64,000 nt of DNA from an uncultured Poribacteria bacterium (GCA_951813565.1 OX638351.1:4800001-4864000), one strand, 5' to 3'. Shown: positions 28,707 to 39,644, counted from the stretch's first letter. Notes: a model not told the origin generated them from the sequence alone. Program-made: numbers and translations.

Positions 28707-30926
28707 CTACGGAGACAGGTTAATAGGCACAATCCATCCCTTTGTGTCGGCAGGTTTGTAGGTATTATCCCGTAGATAATCCGAAGTGTGCCATAAGCAG
28801 AGGCTTTTTCCGTCCGGCATCCAGACGATAGAGGCGAGTTTCATTGATGTACGGGCAATCGGATATTTCTTGCCACTATCTAAGTCATATATCCAAATCT
28901 TCCAACGGAGTCCAACACAATCTTCACGTTCTAAATATGCTAACCGTTTCCCAGTTGGCGACCATGCAGGTGCAGTGTGCTTGATAATTTGGTGTTTCGC
29001 TGATTCGTCAGTAATTCCTGCAATGTGAAGCCGTTTATCAAAAAAAGGGTCAGCACGATTGCTTCCGGAAAGCACGTAAGCGATTTGTGTGCTGTCGGGT
29101 GACCACCGCAACTGCCGGACACGTTGATGTTGCGTTGGAATCTGTTTCAAACGTTCCCCTTCTACATTTTGGATACGTATCGCTGCGTACGGCACTGTTC
29201 CGTTGCCGACTTTTTGATCTTGTGTCACCTCAAAAGCGAGTGTATCTCCATCTGGCGACCAAGAAGGCGCGTGCCAATAGGTGTACTCTTGCCGAGTTCG
29301 TTTAAATAAAACTCGCGCAACGCTCCTACTGCCGCTACCGTCACTGTTAATCCGATAAATATAGTCATAACCCTTTTCGCGCCGTCTAAACGCCAATTGA
29401 TTAGCAGTAGGTGACCAAGTTGGTGCTGCACCTTTTACCAGTTTTTTGATATGTCCAAATTTCCAATCGGCAGTCAAAATAAATCGATCACCATCTATTT
29501 CGGCTTCAAATGCCAATAGACGACTATCCAATGACCAAGAAACATGTGGATTGTAAAACTGACCGGTATGGAGTTTTCGCGATCGTTTCCCCTCTTTGTC
29601 CATAATCCAGAGTTCACTCGCCTTCCAATAACTTCCACTCAGATCGGTTCTTTTCAGCATGGCAACGCGTTCACCATCTGGACTCCAATAAGGGTATTCT
29701 GCACCTTTGATCAGATGTATTATCCGAGGCTTTCCACAAAAGTTGGTGTTCAACAGCATCCCATCTGTTTCTTCAAATTGCCCAAAAGCAAATCTATCTA
29801 TCCATACTTGTTCCTTATTCGGTAGTTCAACCTGATACCAATTCTGTGCGGTTTGAAGAATCGGCAAGTACGTGCCATCATTGAGTCGGTATAAAGGTGA
29901 AGTTCCATTTTTCTCTGCATAAACAGGCGCATTATCACGCGTAACAAAACCATGCTCACGTGTATCATCTGCAATCGGTGTACTTTCGGTGGCATTGGCA
30001 AACGCATAGATTGCACCGTCAGTAGATGCTGCATAGAGGACACCATCTGAAATCGCAGGTGCTGCATTCACAGGACCGCCAACCTGATGAGACCAAACTT
30101 CTGTTTTAGACGTTGTATGAATCGCATGAATTTTTCCATTGAGCGCACCGATATATACGAAACCGTTTGCAGTGATCGGAAAACTCTCACTTCCTTCTGT
30201 ATATTTACGCCATAAATTCGTGTTATACTGTGGAATAACGGGACGAAACTCTGCATTCGTACATCCATATTCTATTCCGTTGATTGTAACCATGCGTTGA
30301 CGTTCCGACTTAAGTTTACCAGTGATGGCATCCAGTAGGTAAATTCGTGTTGGAAATGCGCCAGTATAGACTGTGCCATCAAAAACAACTGGCGGTGAGT
30401 CCATCCAACCTCTGGCTTTGAATTCCCAAAGGACGTCTCCCGTTTCTGCATTAAGCGCGTAGAATAGGTTATCACGTGTGCTGAAATAGACGCGTCCTCC
30501 CCAAACAACAGCTGAAAAACGGATTGCACTGCCAGCATTGAAAACCCATTTTATTCCCCATTCTTTAGCATCTAAAGCATAAAGTTTGCCATCTGTAGAA
30601 CCGATATAAAGTATCTCGTTAGCTACCACCGGAGATGCGCTTATAGGACCGCCAGTCTTAAATTGCCACAACAACTGTAGTGGAGGCTTAAGTTTCTTGT
30701 CCGGGCTTTTGCCTGATAACTGCAAGTCGTGCATAAACATGTGCCAATCTTCAGCACGAAGAGGGGTAATAGGCGGCGTAATGACTTCAGGAGAATCGGT
30801 CTTTGGGGCAGGTGAATTCTGAGGTTTATCTGGCGAATTACAAGCCAAAAGGAAAAACAGAGGGACGAAAAAAAATAAAAATGCTATGAAAATTATGAAT
30901 TTTGCGTTTTGAAGCATGATTAGCAA
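28707..30926 (-). CDS. Lipoprotein with PQQ-like (BamB-type) beta-propeller, SH3-like domain and TolB-like PD40 repeats
   Basis: Lipobox LLAC; SPVV..LYIGSTDGKLYALD repeats; NWYQVEL..WI; multiple P.WSPDG repeats. Start may be 30917. Confidence 0.8.
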   Translation of the reverse strand: MLIMLQNAKFIIFIAFLFFFVPLFFLLACNSPDKPQNSPAPKTDSPEVITPPITPLRAEDWHMFMHDLQLSGKSPDKKLKPPLQLLWQFKTGGPISASPVVANEILYIGSTDGKLYALDAKEWGIKWVFNAGSAIRFSAVVWGGRVYFSTRDNLFYALNAETGDVLWEFKARGWMDSPPVVFDGTVYTGAFPTRIYLLDAITGKLKSERQRMVTINGIEYGCTNAEFRPVIPQYNTNLWRKYTEGSESFPITANGFVYIGALNGKIHAIHTTSKTEVWSHQVGGPVNAAPAISDGVLYAASTDGAIYAFANATESTPIADDTREHGFVTRDNAPVYAEKNGTSPLYRLNDGTYLPILQTAQNWYQVELPNKEQVWIDRFAFGQFEETDGMLLNTNFCGKPRIIHLIKGAEYPYWSPDGERVAMLKRTDLSGSYWKASELWIMDKEGKRSRKLHTGQFYNPHVSWSLDSRLLAFEAEIDGDRFILTADWKFGHIKKLVKGAAPTWSPTANQLAFRRREKGYDYIYRINSDGSGSRSVARVLFKRTRQEYTYWHAPSWSPDGDTLAFEVTQDQKVGNGTVPYAAIRIQNVEGERLKQIPTQHQRVRQLRWSPDSTQIAYVLSGSNRADPFFDKRLHIAGITDESAKHQIIKHTAPAWSPTGKRLAYLEREDCVGLRWKIWIYDLDSGKKYPIARTSMKLASIVWMPDGKSLCLWHTSDYLRDNTYKPADTKGWIVPINLSP

Positions 30927-31079
30927 AGTAAGCGTAACATGTAGAATATATGAAGTAACGAAAATCCGTTACCACTAATATAACATGTGGACACATATAT
31001 GTCAACTTTTCTTGAAATTGTGTCAATTTTGTGATAAAATTCCTTTTTTACAAACATAACCCGATGTCAAGCACAAACG

Positions 31080-32342
31080 GTGAAAGAAATGAATAAATTA
31101 TTGGCAGAGGTAGACCCACAAATTGTTGAAATTACCACCAAAGACTTGGCACGCCAGCAAAATTCTCTTATGCTGATTCCATCGGAGAACTATGCCAGCC
31201 GAGCTGTTATGGAAATTCAGGGGAGTATCTTAGCAAATAAATACGCAGAAGGGTATCCTGGTGAACGTTACTATAATGGTTGTGAGTTTATGGATGACGT
31301 GGAATCGCTTGCAATTGAACGCGCTAAAGCACTCTTCGGTGCTGAGCACGTCAACGTCCAACCACATGCTGGCACACAGGCGAATATGGCAGCCTATCAT
31401 GCACTGCTTGACCCTGGCGACACTATCTTAGCAATGTCTCTCAGTCACGGTGGGCATCTAAGTCATGGCGATAAAGTGAACTTTTCTGGTCGTTATTACA
31501 ATGTGGTTGCTTACGGCGTAGATGCTGAAACTGAGTTAATTGATATGGAAACGGTTGCGAGTCTTGCAGAGCAGCATCGTCCAAAACTAATCGTTGTCGG
31601 GGCAACCGCATATCCACGTCACTTTGATTTTGCTATGTGGCGGCAGGTTGCCGATTCCGTTGGGGCATACTTGCTTGCAGATATAGCACATATTGCAGGT
31701 CTGATCGCGGGTGGTGTTCATCCTGACCCGGTCCCATACAGTGATGTGGTTACAACAACAACACATAAAACCTTACGCGGTCCTCGCGGCGCGATGATAA
31801 TGTGTAAAGCTGAACATGCAGCCAAGATAGATCGTGCTGTTTTTCCCGGTTTACAAGGTGGGCCCTTCCTGCATACAATCGCTGCAAGGGCAGTTGCCTT
31901 TAAGGAAGCGAGCGAACCTGAGTTTAAAATATATCAAGCACAGATTGTAAAAAATGCTAAAGCACTTGCCGAGAGATTAATTGAAAATGGGTTTAGATTA
32001 GTGAGTGGTGGCACAGATAATCACCTGATGTTGTTAGACTTGACTTCAAAATATGAAAAATTGAGTGGTAGACAGGCAGCGGATCACCTTGAAGATGCAG
32101 GCATTATTGTCAATAAAAACAGTATCCCATTTGACAAAAGGAAACCGAAAACGACAAGCGGTATAAGACTTGGCACCCCTATGGTTACAACACGTGACAT
32201 GAAAGAAGATGAGATGGTTCACATTGCTGATTTTATCACTGAGACACTTGAAAATAGACAGAAAGCATCTATTAAACGGCGAATCCGAGAAAAGGTCCAA
32301 GAATTCTGTGGGCAATTTCCGATTTATGAATTTCTAAATTAG
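31080..32342 (+). CDS. glyA: Serine hydroxymethyltransferase
   Basis: [29 protein letters not shown]. Confidence 0.97.
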   Translation: MKEMNKLLAEVDPQIVEITTKDLARQQNSLMLIPSENYASRAVMEIQGSILANKYAEGYPGERYYNGCEFMDDVESLAIERAKALFGAEHVNVQPHAGTQANMAAYHALLDPGDTILAMSLSHGGHLSHGDKVNFSGRYYNVVAYGVDAETELIDMETVASLAEQHRPKLIVVGATAYPRHFDFAMWRQVADSVGAYLLADIAHIAGLIAGGVHPDPVPYSDVVTTTTHKTLRGPRGAMIMCKAEHAAKIDRAVFPGLQGGPFLHTIAARAVAFKEASEPEFKIYQAQIVKNAKALAERLIENGFRLVSGGTDNHLMLLDLTSKYEKLSGRQAADHLEDAGIIVNKNSIPFDKRKPKTTSGIRLGTPMVTTRDMKEDEMVHIADFITETLENRQKASIKRRIREKVQEFCGQFPIYEFLN

Positions 32343-32458
32343 GCTATGCCCATCCAATTTTGTGGTATAGAAGTCGAGAGTTGGAGCTCGCGACTACAAG
32401 AAGAGGCCTTTGAAAAAAGTAAGAAACTATTGGAAAATTCAATGGCTTTAGGTACACT

Positions 32459-33853
32459 TTGTGTGCTGTAACCGATAATATCAAAAATTTGGACTACAAA
32501 GCGGCACTCGACTATATTGAGCAGTTCATTGATTATGAAAGAAGTCCGGACTTTGCGCGTCAGGCACGATTCTACAATCTGAATCGCATCTCGCAGTTAT
32601 TAGACCTTCTTGGTAATCCGCACGATAGATTAAAAGTGATCCATGTCGCAGGGAGTAAAGGAAAGGGATCAACCGCAGCACTCATCGCATCGGTACTAAC
32701 ACATGCAGGCTATAAAACGGGTTTATTTACATCCCCACATCTTATTACACCGAGAGAACGGGGTCGTATTGATAATGAACTCATCTCAGAGACAGAAGTT
32801 GCCTACTATATTGCAAAACTAAAACCCGCGATTGAAACCGTTTCTGCTTCCGAATTCGGACGTGTTTCGTTTTTTGAAATATACACTGCACTTGCTTTTA
32901 CTTATTTTGCTGACAAAGCAACTGATTTTGCTGTGATTGAAGTCGGCTTAGGGGGACGACTTGACGCAACAAACGTTGTCTCACCCGTAACATCTGTTAT
33001 TACCCCAATTGGATTAGAACACACGACGATATTAGGAGAAACATACACCGAAATAGCGAGCGAAAAAGCAGAGATTATAAAACAGGGGTGTCCCGTAGCA
33101 CTTGCACCGCAACATCCTGACGCACGTGCTGTTATTGAAAAGGTAGCGAGTGAACGTAACGCACCGATTATTGAAGTCAAGAATTTTGTAGGGCGAGACC
33201 CTGATATTTCAGTTTCACAGATTGTTCTAAATTCCGAAGGCGGAACTGTTGCCCAGCAATTTGACGTTGAGACAGATTCAGAGTGTTATTCACAACTCAC
33301 GTTGCCACTACTTGGACACCATCAGTATGTAAATGGGACAACTGCCATCGCAGCAATTGAATGTCTAAAACAGAAAGGATATGTAATTTCGAAAGACAGT
33401 GTTTATGCGGGCTTTAAAAATGTGAATTGGTACGGACGGATTCAGCGAGTTATGTCCTCACCGCTTGTTGTGCTGGATGGTGCACATTCATCTATCTCAA
33501 TGGAAGCGTTATGTCGTGCTATTTGTGAAAATTTTCGTTACACTCAGGTGATTTTTATCGTTAGTATTATGAAAGATAAGGATTTAACCGCAATTGGCGA
33601 GATTATTTCAAAAACCGCTGATCACGTAATTGCAACACAAGTTTCCGATAACCCGCGTGTCCTGTCCGCAGAAACGATACAAAATACTTGGTCGGGTATA
33701 TGTCCGAAGATCACAACATGTCCAACCCCAAAAAAAGCAATTTCGACAGGTTTATCGTTAGCGTCACCAACGGATCTAATCTGTGTCACGGGTTCGCTTT
33801 ACCTTGTTGGAGAAACACTCAAATTTTTTAATTTGGAATACGAAAAAATATAA
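32459..33853 (+). CDS. folC: Folylpolyglutamate synthase/dihydrofolate synthase
   Basis: HVAGSKGKGST, FTSPHL, EVGLGGRLDATN, LDGAH, TGSLYLVG; start uncertain. Confidence 0.95.
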   Translation: MCAVTDNIKNLDYKAALDYIEQFIDYERSPDFARQARFYNLNRISQLLDLLGNPHDRLKVIHVAGSKGKGSTAALIASVLTHAGYKTGLFTSPHLITPRERGRIDNELISETEVAYYIAKLKPAIETVSASEFGRVSFFEIYTALAFTYFADKATDFAVIEVGLGGRLDATNVVSPVTSVITPIGLEHTTILGETYTEIASEKAEIIKQGCPVALAPQHPDARAVIEKVASERNAPIIEVKNFVGRDPDISVSQIVLNSEGGTVAQQFDVETDSECYSQLTLPLLGHHQYVNGTTAIAAIECLKQKGYVISKDSVYAGFKNVNWYGRIQRVMSSPLVVLDGAHSSISMEALCRAICENFRYTQVIFIVSIMKDKDLTAIGEIISKTADHVIATQVSDNPRVLSAETIQNTWSGICPKITTCPTPKKAISTGLSLASPTDLICVTGSLYLVGETLKFFNLEYEKI

Positions 33854-33868
33854 AAAGAGAGGTTTTTA

Positions 33869-36238
33869 ATGCGTGAAATTATTTGCAAAAGACGGTGGCT
33901 AAATTGGAAGATATTTCTGGCATGTTTACCAGTTTTGAGTTTAGCCACCGTAGTTTTTGCCCAAACAGACTCTCCTCCTACCGTGCCAGATGTGCCTCCT
34001 ATATGGTGGATTGCACCAATTGGTGCGATTATCGCTTTAGGTTTTGCATTCCACTTCTATCGTGCAGTAATGAAACAGGACGAAGGGAATGAAACGATGC
34101 GTGAGATCGCGCAATCTGTCCGCGAAGGTGCGATGGCGTATCTTAGGCAACAATACAAAGTGGTCGGCATTGTTTTCGCTGTCCTCTGCCTTATCTTTAT
34201 CTTTATGGCTTTTGTCCTTGATGCCCAAAATAGGGTCGTCCCGTTTGCCTTTCTTACAGGCGGTTTTTTCTCAGGACTCTGCGGTTTCTTAGGTATGAAA
34301 ACAGCGACTAACGCATCCGCGCGTACTACAAGTGCGGCGATGCAGGGGCTTAATGCTGGGTTAAAAGTTTCGTTCCGCGCCGGTGCTGTCATGGGATTGA
34401 TCGTCGTTGGGTTTGCACTGCTTGACATCACCGGATGGTTTCTCATTCTTTATTATATTTTCCCAAAGGTATTACCTGGTTTTTTAGAAGTGAACCCGCT
34501 ACCGCAAATTACTGTGATTATGCTCAGTTTCGGTATGGGTGCTTCAACACAAGCACTGTTTGCCCGCGTCGGTGGCGGCATTTATACTAAAGCAGCCGAT
34601 GTTGGTGCGGACCTTGTCGGGAAAGTTGAAGCAGGAATACCGGAGGACGATCCGCGCAATCCTGCTGTCATTGCAGATAACGTTGGCGATAATGTCGGTG
34701 ATGTCGCAGGTATGGGTGCCGACCTCTACGAATCTTATGCAGGCTCAATCCTCGCGACAGCTGCACTTGGTGTTGCTGCTGTTGCTGCTAAAGACCATGA
34801 TAACCTTGCTCTTCAGCTGAAATACCTCTCTGCTCCAATGATTATTGCAGGTATCGGGGTGCTTCTCTCTATTTTAGGTATCTATTTGGTGCGGACAAAA
34901 GAGGGCGCGACAATGAAACAGTTGATGGGTTCCTTGAACCTCGGTATCAACGGTAGTGCTTTAGGTATTGCCGTTATAGCACTCCCTGTGCTGCTTTACC
35001 TTAATCTTCCCAATAAGTGGCAGATTTGGGGCGCAATTGTCACAGGGCTTGTCGCAGGATTAGTTATCGGCAAAGTCACGGAAATTTTTACCTCTCACGA
35101 ATATAAACCTACCCGTGCCATCGCAAAGCAAGCACAAACCGGCCCCGCAACAGTTATTATTGAAGGTGTTGCTGTTGGCATGGAATCAACTGCGATCCCT
35201 GTTATAACAATTATCGCTGCAGTTGCTATTAGTTACTATCTTCCCGGTGGCACAAGCGAACCGTTAATGGGACTTTACGGTGTCGGTATCGCGGCGGTCG
35301 GTATGCTGGCAACGCTTGGTATTACGCTTGCCACTGATGCTTACGGACCCATTGCAGACAACGCTGGTGGAAACGCTGAAATGGCGAAACTTGACGAAAG
35401 CGTCCGAGAACGTACAGATCAGTTAGACGCACTCGGTAATACGACTGCTGCAACCGGTAAAGGTTTTGCTATCGGTTCAGCAGCGCTGACCGCACTCGCG
35501 CTCTTGGCAGCCTATCTTGAAGAAATACGCTACGGACTAATCCACTTAGCAGGTAAAGATGTACTCGCTATCCCTGGCGAAGGTAATATTGACACGTTGA
35601 AAGTCACAGTAAGCCAATTCATGGATTACTATAACGTTACGCTGATGAACCCACAAGTTCTTATCGGTCTGTTTCTCGGTTCAGTAATGGCGTTCTACTT
35701 CTGTGCGTTGACGATGAAAGCTGTTGGACGAGCAGCAGGTGCTATGGTAGAAGAGGTACGCCGTCAATTTCGCGAAAAACCCGGCATTATGAAAGGCGAG
35801 GAGAAGCCGGATTACGCCCGATGTGTCGCTATCTCTACAGTTGGCGCGCAACGCGAGATGATCTTCCCTTCGCTAATTGCTATCGTTGTGCCTGTTGCTG
35901 TCGGTTTACTTTTTAATGTTGCTGGTGTGCTTGGATTGTTAGCAGGTGGATTGGCAACAGGCTTCGTTTTGGCGATCATGATGGCAAACGCTGGTGGTGC
36001 ATGGGACAACGCAAAAAAGTTTATTGAAGAAGGTAAACACAAAGATGAATACGGTGAAAAGGGCTCAGAACAGCACAAAGCCACGATTGTCGGTGATACC
36101 GTTGGCGATCCCTTCAAAGACACCTCAGGTCCTTCGCTTAATATCCTGATTAAGTTGATGTCTATGGTTTCTGTTGTGTTTGCGGGTCTCATTGCAAAAT
36201 ATGGTGACGCATTCAGCAAGTGGATCGGCATGCAGTAG
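33869..36238 (+). CDS. hppA: Membrane-integral cation-translocating pyrophosphatase, K+-dependent, Na+,H+-PPase-like
   Basis: DVGADLVGKVE, DNVGDNVGD, GNTTAATGKG, GDPFKD. Confidence 0.95.
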   Translation: MREIICKRRWLNWKIFLACLPVLSLATVVFAQTDSPPTVPDVPPIWWIAPIGAIIALGFAFHFYRAVMKQDEGNETMREIAQSVREGAMAYLRQQYKVVGIVFAVLCLIFIFMAFVLDAQNRVVPFAFLTGGFFSGLCGFLGMKTATNASARTTSAAMQGLNAGLKVSFRAGAVMGLIVVGFALLDITGWFLILYYIFPKVLPGFLEVNPLPQITVIMLSFGMGASTQALFARVGGGIYTKAADVGADLVGKVEAGIPEDDPRNPAVIADNVGDNVGDVAGMGADLYESYAGSILATAALGVAAVAAKDHDNLALQLKYLSAPMIIAGIGVLLSILGIYLVRTKEGATMKQLMGSLNLGINGSALGIAVIALPVLLYLNLPNKWQIWGAIVTGLVAGLVIGKVTEIFTSHEYKPTRAIAKQAQTGPATVIIEGVAVGMESTAIPVITIIAAVAISYYLPGGTSEPLMGLYGVGIAAVGMLATLGITLATDAYGPIADNAGGNAEMAKLDESVRERTDQLDALGNTTAATGKGFAIGSAALTALALLAAYLEEIRYGLIHLAGKDVLAIPGEGNIDTLKVTVSQFMDYYNVTLMNPQVLIGLFLGSVMAFYFCALTMKAVGRAAGAMVEEVRRQFREKPGIMKGEEKPDYARCVAISTVGAQREMIFPSLIAIVVPVAVGLLFNVAGVLGLLAGGLATGFVLAIMMANAGGAWDNAKKFIEEGKHKDEYGEKGSEQHKATIVGDTVGDPFKDTSGPSLNILIKLMSMVSVVFAGLIAKYGDAFSKWIGMQ

Positions 36239-36265
36239 TTGGCATCCCTAAAGGAGCAAGCAAAT

Positions 36266-36787
36266 ATGAAAATAAATAACACTTTCGGACTTTTCTTGGG
36301 TTTACTCGTCCTTTTCACAATAGGGTGTCAGCAGATACAGAATCAGATGAAGGTGGAACCTGATGGGACTACCGTATCTGTTTCAGTTGATGACGATATA
36401 CCTGACATAGAACCGTCCGTCGGTAAGGTTTTCATTGGTGATGCAGATGGAAGATTCGGTACAGATAAATATACCTTGAATACCACTTCAATAAACGGGG
36501 ATACGTTGACAATAAATGTATCCTATAGTGGTGGATGTGAAAAACATGAAATGACGCTCGTTGTGTCGGAATCATTTTTGGAATCTTTTCCTGTTCAACT
36601 CCATGTTTCCCTTGCACATAATGCTAACGGTGACACCTGTGAAGCATATCCAACTGAAGATTATCACTTTGATCTTACACCAATCAAAACTATGTATCAA
36701 GAGGCATACCAACAGGAAGCAGGGACAATTATTTTACGCCTCAAAGATGCTCCGAATGTAGAACTTCTTTATGAATTCACAATGTAA
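36266..36787 (+). CDS. Hypothetical lipoprotein
   Basis: AAGGAG RBS, lipobox TIGC, YSGGC and GDTCEA motifs. Confidence 0.7.
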   Translation: MKINNTFGLFLGLLVLFTIGCQQIQNQMKVEPDGTTVSVSVDDDIPDIEPSVGKVFIGDADGRFGTDKYTLNTTSINGDTLTINVSYSGGCEKHEMTLVVSESFLESFPVQLHVSLAHNANGDTCEAYPTEDYHFDLTPIKTMYQEAYQQEAGTIILRLKDAPNVELLYEFTM

Positions 36788-36877
36788 TAATAATTATCAA
36801 ATCTCGGCACTGTAGGGAAACCATTCCCTTGTTTCTACCTGTCGCTTCTTTAGCATTTTGTAGGAGAACATAGCCAA

Positions 36878-38557
36878 ATGTCCAATAAACTGAAACCCCG
36901 AAGTTATGTGATTACCGATGGACCCGACCGTGCTGCTGCCCGCACGATGCTTATGTTCGGCGATGGCGGACTGGCACCAGAGGACCTTGACAAACCGATT
37001 ATCGGGGTTGCTAATACATGGATTGAGATCGGACCTTGTAATTTCCATTTAAGACGACTCGCTGCTAAGGTTAAAGCCGGAATTCGCGATGCGGGTGGAA
37101 CACCTCTTGAATTCAATACCGTTAGCATCTCTGACGGTATCACAATGGGAACAGAGGGCATGAAAACCTCGCTTATCAGCCGAGAGATTGTTGCTGATTC
37201 AATTGAATTAGTCTCCATTGGTAACATGTTTGATGCTGTTGTCGCGCTGTGCGGATGCGACAAGACTGTCCCCGGCACTGTGATGGCGTTAGCACGTTTA
37301 GATATTCCATCGCTCACGCTTTACGGTGGTTCAATTATGCCGGGCAATTTTCAAGGACGTGATGTTACTATCCAAGACGTTTTCGAAGCAGTTGGTCAGC
37401 ATGCTGAAGGCACTATCACAGTAGAAGAATTGGACGATCTGATTAGCAAAGGATGTCCCGGTCCTGGTGCATGCGGCGGACAGTTCACCGCTAATACGAT
37501 GGCAACTGCAGTTGAAATGTTGGGTATTGCTCCGATGGGTAGCGGAAGCGTGCCTGCTGTGGCAGAGGAAAAGGACAACGAGGCGTATAAAGCGGGACAA
37601 CTCGTTATGGATATGCTCGCTGCTGATCGTCGTCCCAGTCAGATTATCACACGCAAATCTCTTGAAAACGCGATTGCCTCTGTTGCAGCAACTGGCGGTT
37701 CTACGAATGGTGTTTTGCACCTCCTCGCTATTGCACACGAAGCACAAATCCCGTTGACGCTTGAAGATTTCCACACTATTAGTCAAAGAACACCTGTATT
37801 AGCAGACCTAAAGCCCGGTGGACAGTTCGTTGCTACTGATCTGTATGAGGCAGGTGGGATTCAGTTCTTAGCGAAACGTCTGGCAGAAGCTGGATTGATT
37901 CATACCGATGAACTCACCGTTACAGGAAAGACCATTGGTGAAGAGGCGAACGCGGCGACTGAAGCTGAAGGTCAGAGAGTCGTTAGAGCAGTAGACGAAC
38001 CGCTCAAACCGACCGGTGGATTTGCTATCTTGAGAGGTAATCTTGCACCAGATGGATGTGTGATTAAGTTAGCTGGTCAGGACAAAACGCTTCATCGTGG
38101 TCCCGCGCGTATCTTTGAACGCGAAGAGGACACTTTCGCTGCCATCAAAGGTGGAGAAATAAAATCCGGTGATGTTATCGTTATCCGTTATGAGGGACCC
38201 GTCGGAGGCCCCGGTATGCGTGAGATGTTAGGCGTTACAGCAGCAATCGTCGGTGCAGGCTTAAGCGAAGATGTGGCACTGCTAACCGATGGTAGGTTCT
38301 CTGGTGCTACGCACGGGTTTATGATCTGCCATGTTGCACCTGAGGCAGCAAAAGGTGGTCCTATCGCTATCCTCCAAGAGGGTGACGAAATCGTAATTGA
38401 CGCTGAGGCACGCCGACTTGACGTTACGCTCTCCGATACTGAAATCCAAGCACGTTTTGAAAAATGGACTCCTCCCGAACCTCCCTATACACGCGGTGTC
38501 ATGGCGAAATATGCAAACGCTGTCTCTTCTGCCTCTGAAGGTGCTGTGACGGGATAA
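36878..38557 (+). CDS. ilvD: Dihydroxy-acid dehydratase
   Basis: [35 protein letters not shown]. Confidence 0.95.
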   Translation: MSNKLKPRSYVITDGPDRAAARTMLMFGDGGLAPEDLDKPIIGVANTWIEIGPCNFHLRRLAAKVKAGIRDAGGTPLEFNTVSISDGITMGTEGMKTSLISREIVADSIELVSIGNMFDAVVALCGCDKTVPGTVMALARLDIPSLTLYGGSIMPGNFQGRDVTIQDVFEAVGQHAEGTITVEELDDLISKGCPGPGACGGQFTANTMATAVEMLGIAPMGSGSVPAVAEEKDNEAYKAGQLVMDMLAADRRPSQIITRKSLENAIASVAATGGSTNGVLHLLAIAHEAQIPLTLEDFHTISQRTPVLADLKPGGQFVATDLYEAGGIQFLAKRLAEAGLIHTDELTVTGKTIGEEANAATEAEGQRVVRAVDEPLKPTGGFAILRGNLAPDGCVIKLAGQDKTLHRGPARIFEREEDTFAAIKGGEIKSGDVIVIRYEGPVGGPGMREMLGVTAAIVGAGLSEDVALLTDGRFSGATHGFMICHVAPEAAKGGPIAILQEGDEIVIDAEARRLDVTLSDTEIQARFEKWTPPEPPYTRGVMAKYANAVSSASEGAVTG

Positions 38558-38631
38558 AATCTGCCTTTTTCCAACCCATAGATATTCTATAGTGTCAGTT
38601 TAATCGTTCTTATACCATTTCTATAAAATAA

Positions 38632-38997
38632 CATACTTTGGACAATTTTAGCTGTTTTCGTGAGGTTGGGTTAGAGAAAAACATATAGTTTTCATATTGG
38701 ACACCTGTCGCCCCGCTGGGGCTGAAGCGGGTTGTTTACCGCGTTTCTATACACCTGTCGCCCCGCTGGGGCTGCCCAAAAGGTATTTTGGACGAGTTCT
38801 TTCAGCCAGCAAAATCGCAGAAAATATAAATAATATAAGATGACACCTTAGCCCCAGCGGGGCGACAGGTATATAGAAGAAGGTAATTGCCGCTGTCTAA
38901 AGCCCCAGCGGGGCGACAGGTGTCCAATATTTTGCTTTGGACACCTAACAGTTTCTCAGCAAGTCCTCGAACAATATGTAAATTGTCCAAACTATAG
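38632..38997. mobile_element. Second copy of the 368-bp MITE, nested in an ATACCA-ended MITE (38612-39136)
   Basis: Near-identical to 1444-1811; 10-bp TSD tataaaataa (38622-38631, 38998-39007). Confidence 0.85.
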
Positions 38998-39053
38998 TAT
39001 AAAATAACATACCTTTTAATAAATAGCTGGTTCGTAGTCGCGCAATTTATTGC

Positions 39054-39087
39054 CAAATCAACGCAGCATGCGCTTGTGGCATGCTGC
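39054..39087 (+). repeat. 34-bp AATCAAC-hairpin module inserted in a GTAG REP
   Basis: Filled site here; the same REP is uninterrupted at 3023-3047. Confidence 0.7.
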
Positions 39088-39644
39088 GCCTCGGACATTC
39101 TAATTCGAAAGGGAAATTCATTTATAGAATTGGTATTATTTATTGGGACAGGTTCTTATACTTGTCCCAACGTTGTTATACCAAATTAACAGGATTTATC
39201 CTATTTTCCGGGCGGTAGGTGCGGTTTCCTAACCGCACCATAAGCGTCAATTTAAGAAAAGTAATACCAATTCTAACGTGAGCTTGATAATTAGAATAAA
39301 TTTAGATGTCCGGTGGGTAGAGCGTAGCGAAACCCATAAATCAACGCCAAATGCGCGTGTGGCATTCAGCGGGACTGAAGAGCGTTTGACATATTCAGAA
39401 TATACCTAACAAGAAATTACCGAATTAAAAAATTAATCTTCATAAAGTTTGTGCTACAACTTCTATTGTCCATTATCTTTCCAAGATAAGTTTATCAAAG
39501 TGTCCCAATAATTTCAAAGTTCACTATAAATAACCCTGCAGGGAAAACTTGCCTATTAAAGTATTTTACGTTATAATAAAAAATAAGAAGAACTTTTAGG
39601 CCACCCAATATCACACCGTCCAAAATCCATAGGAAGATAGAGAA

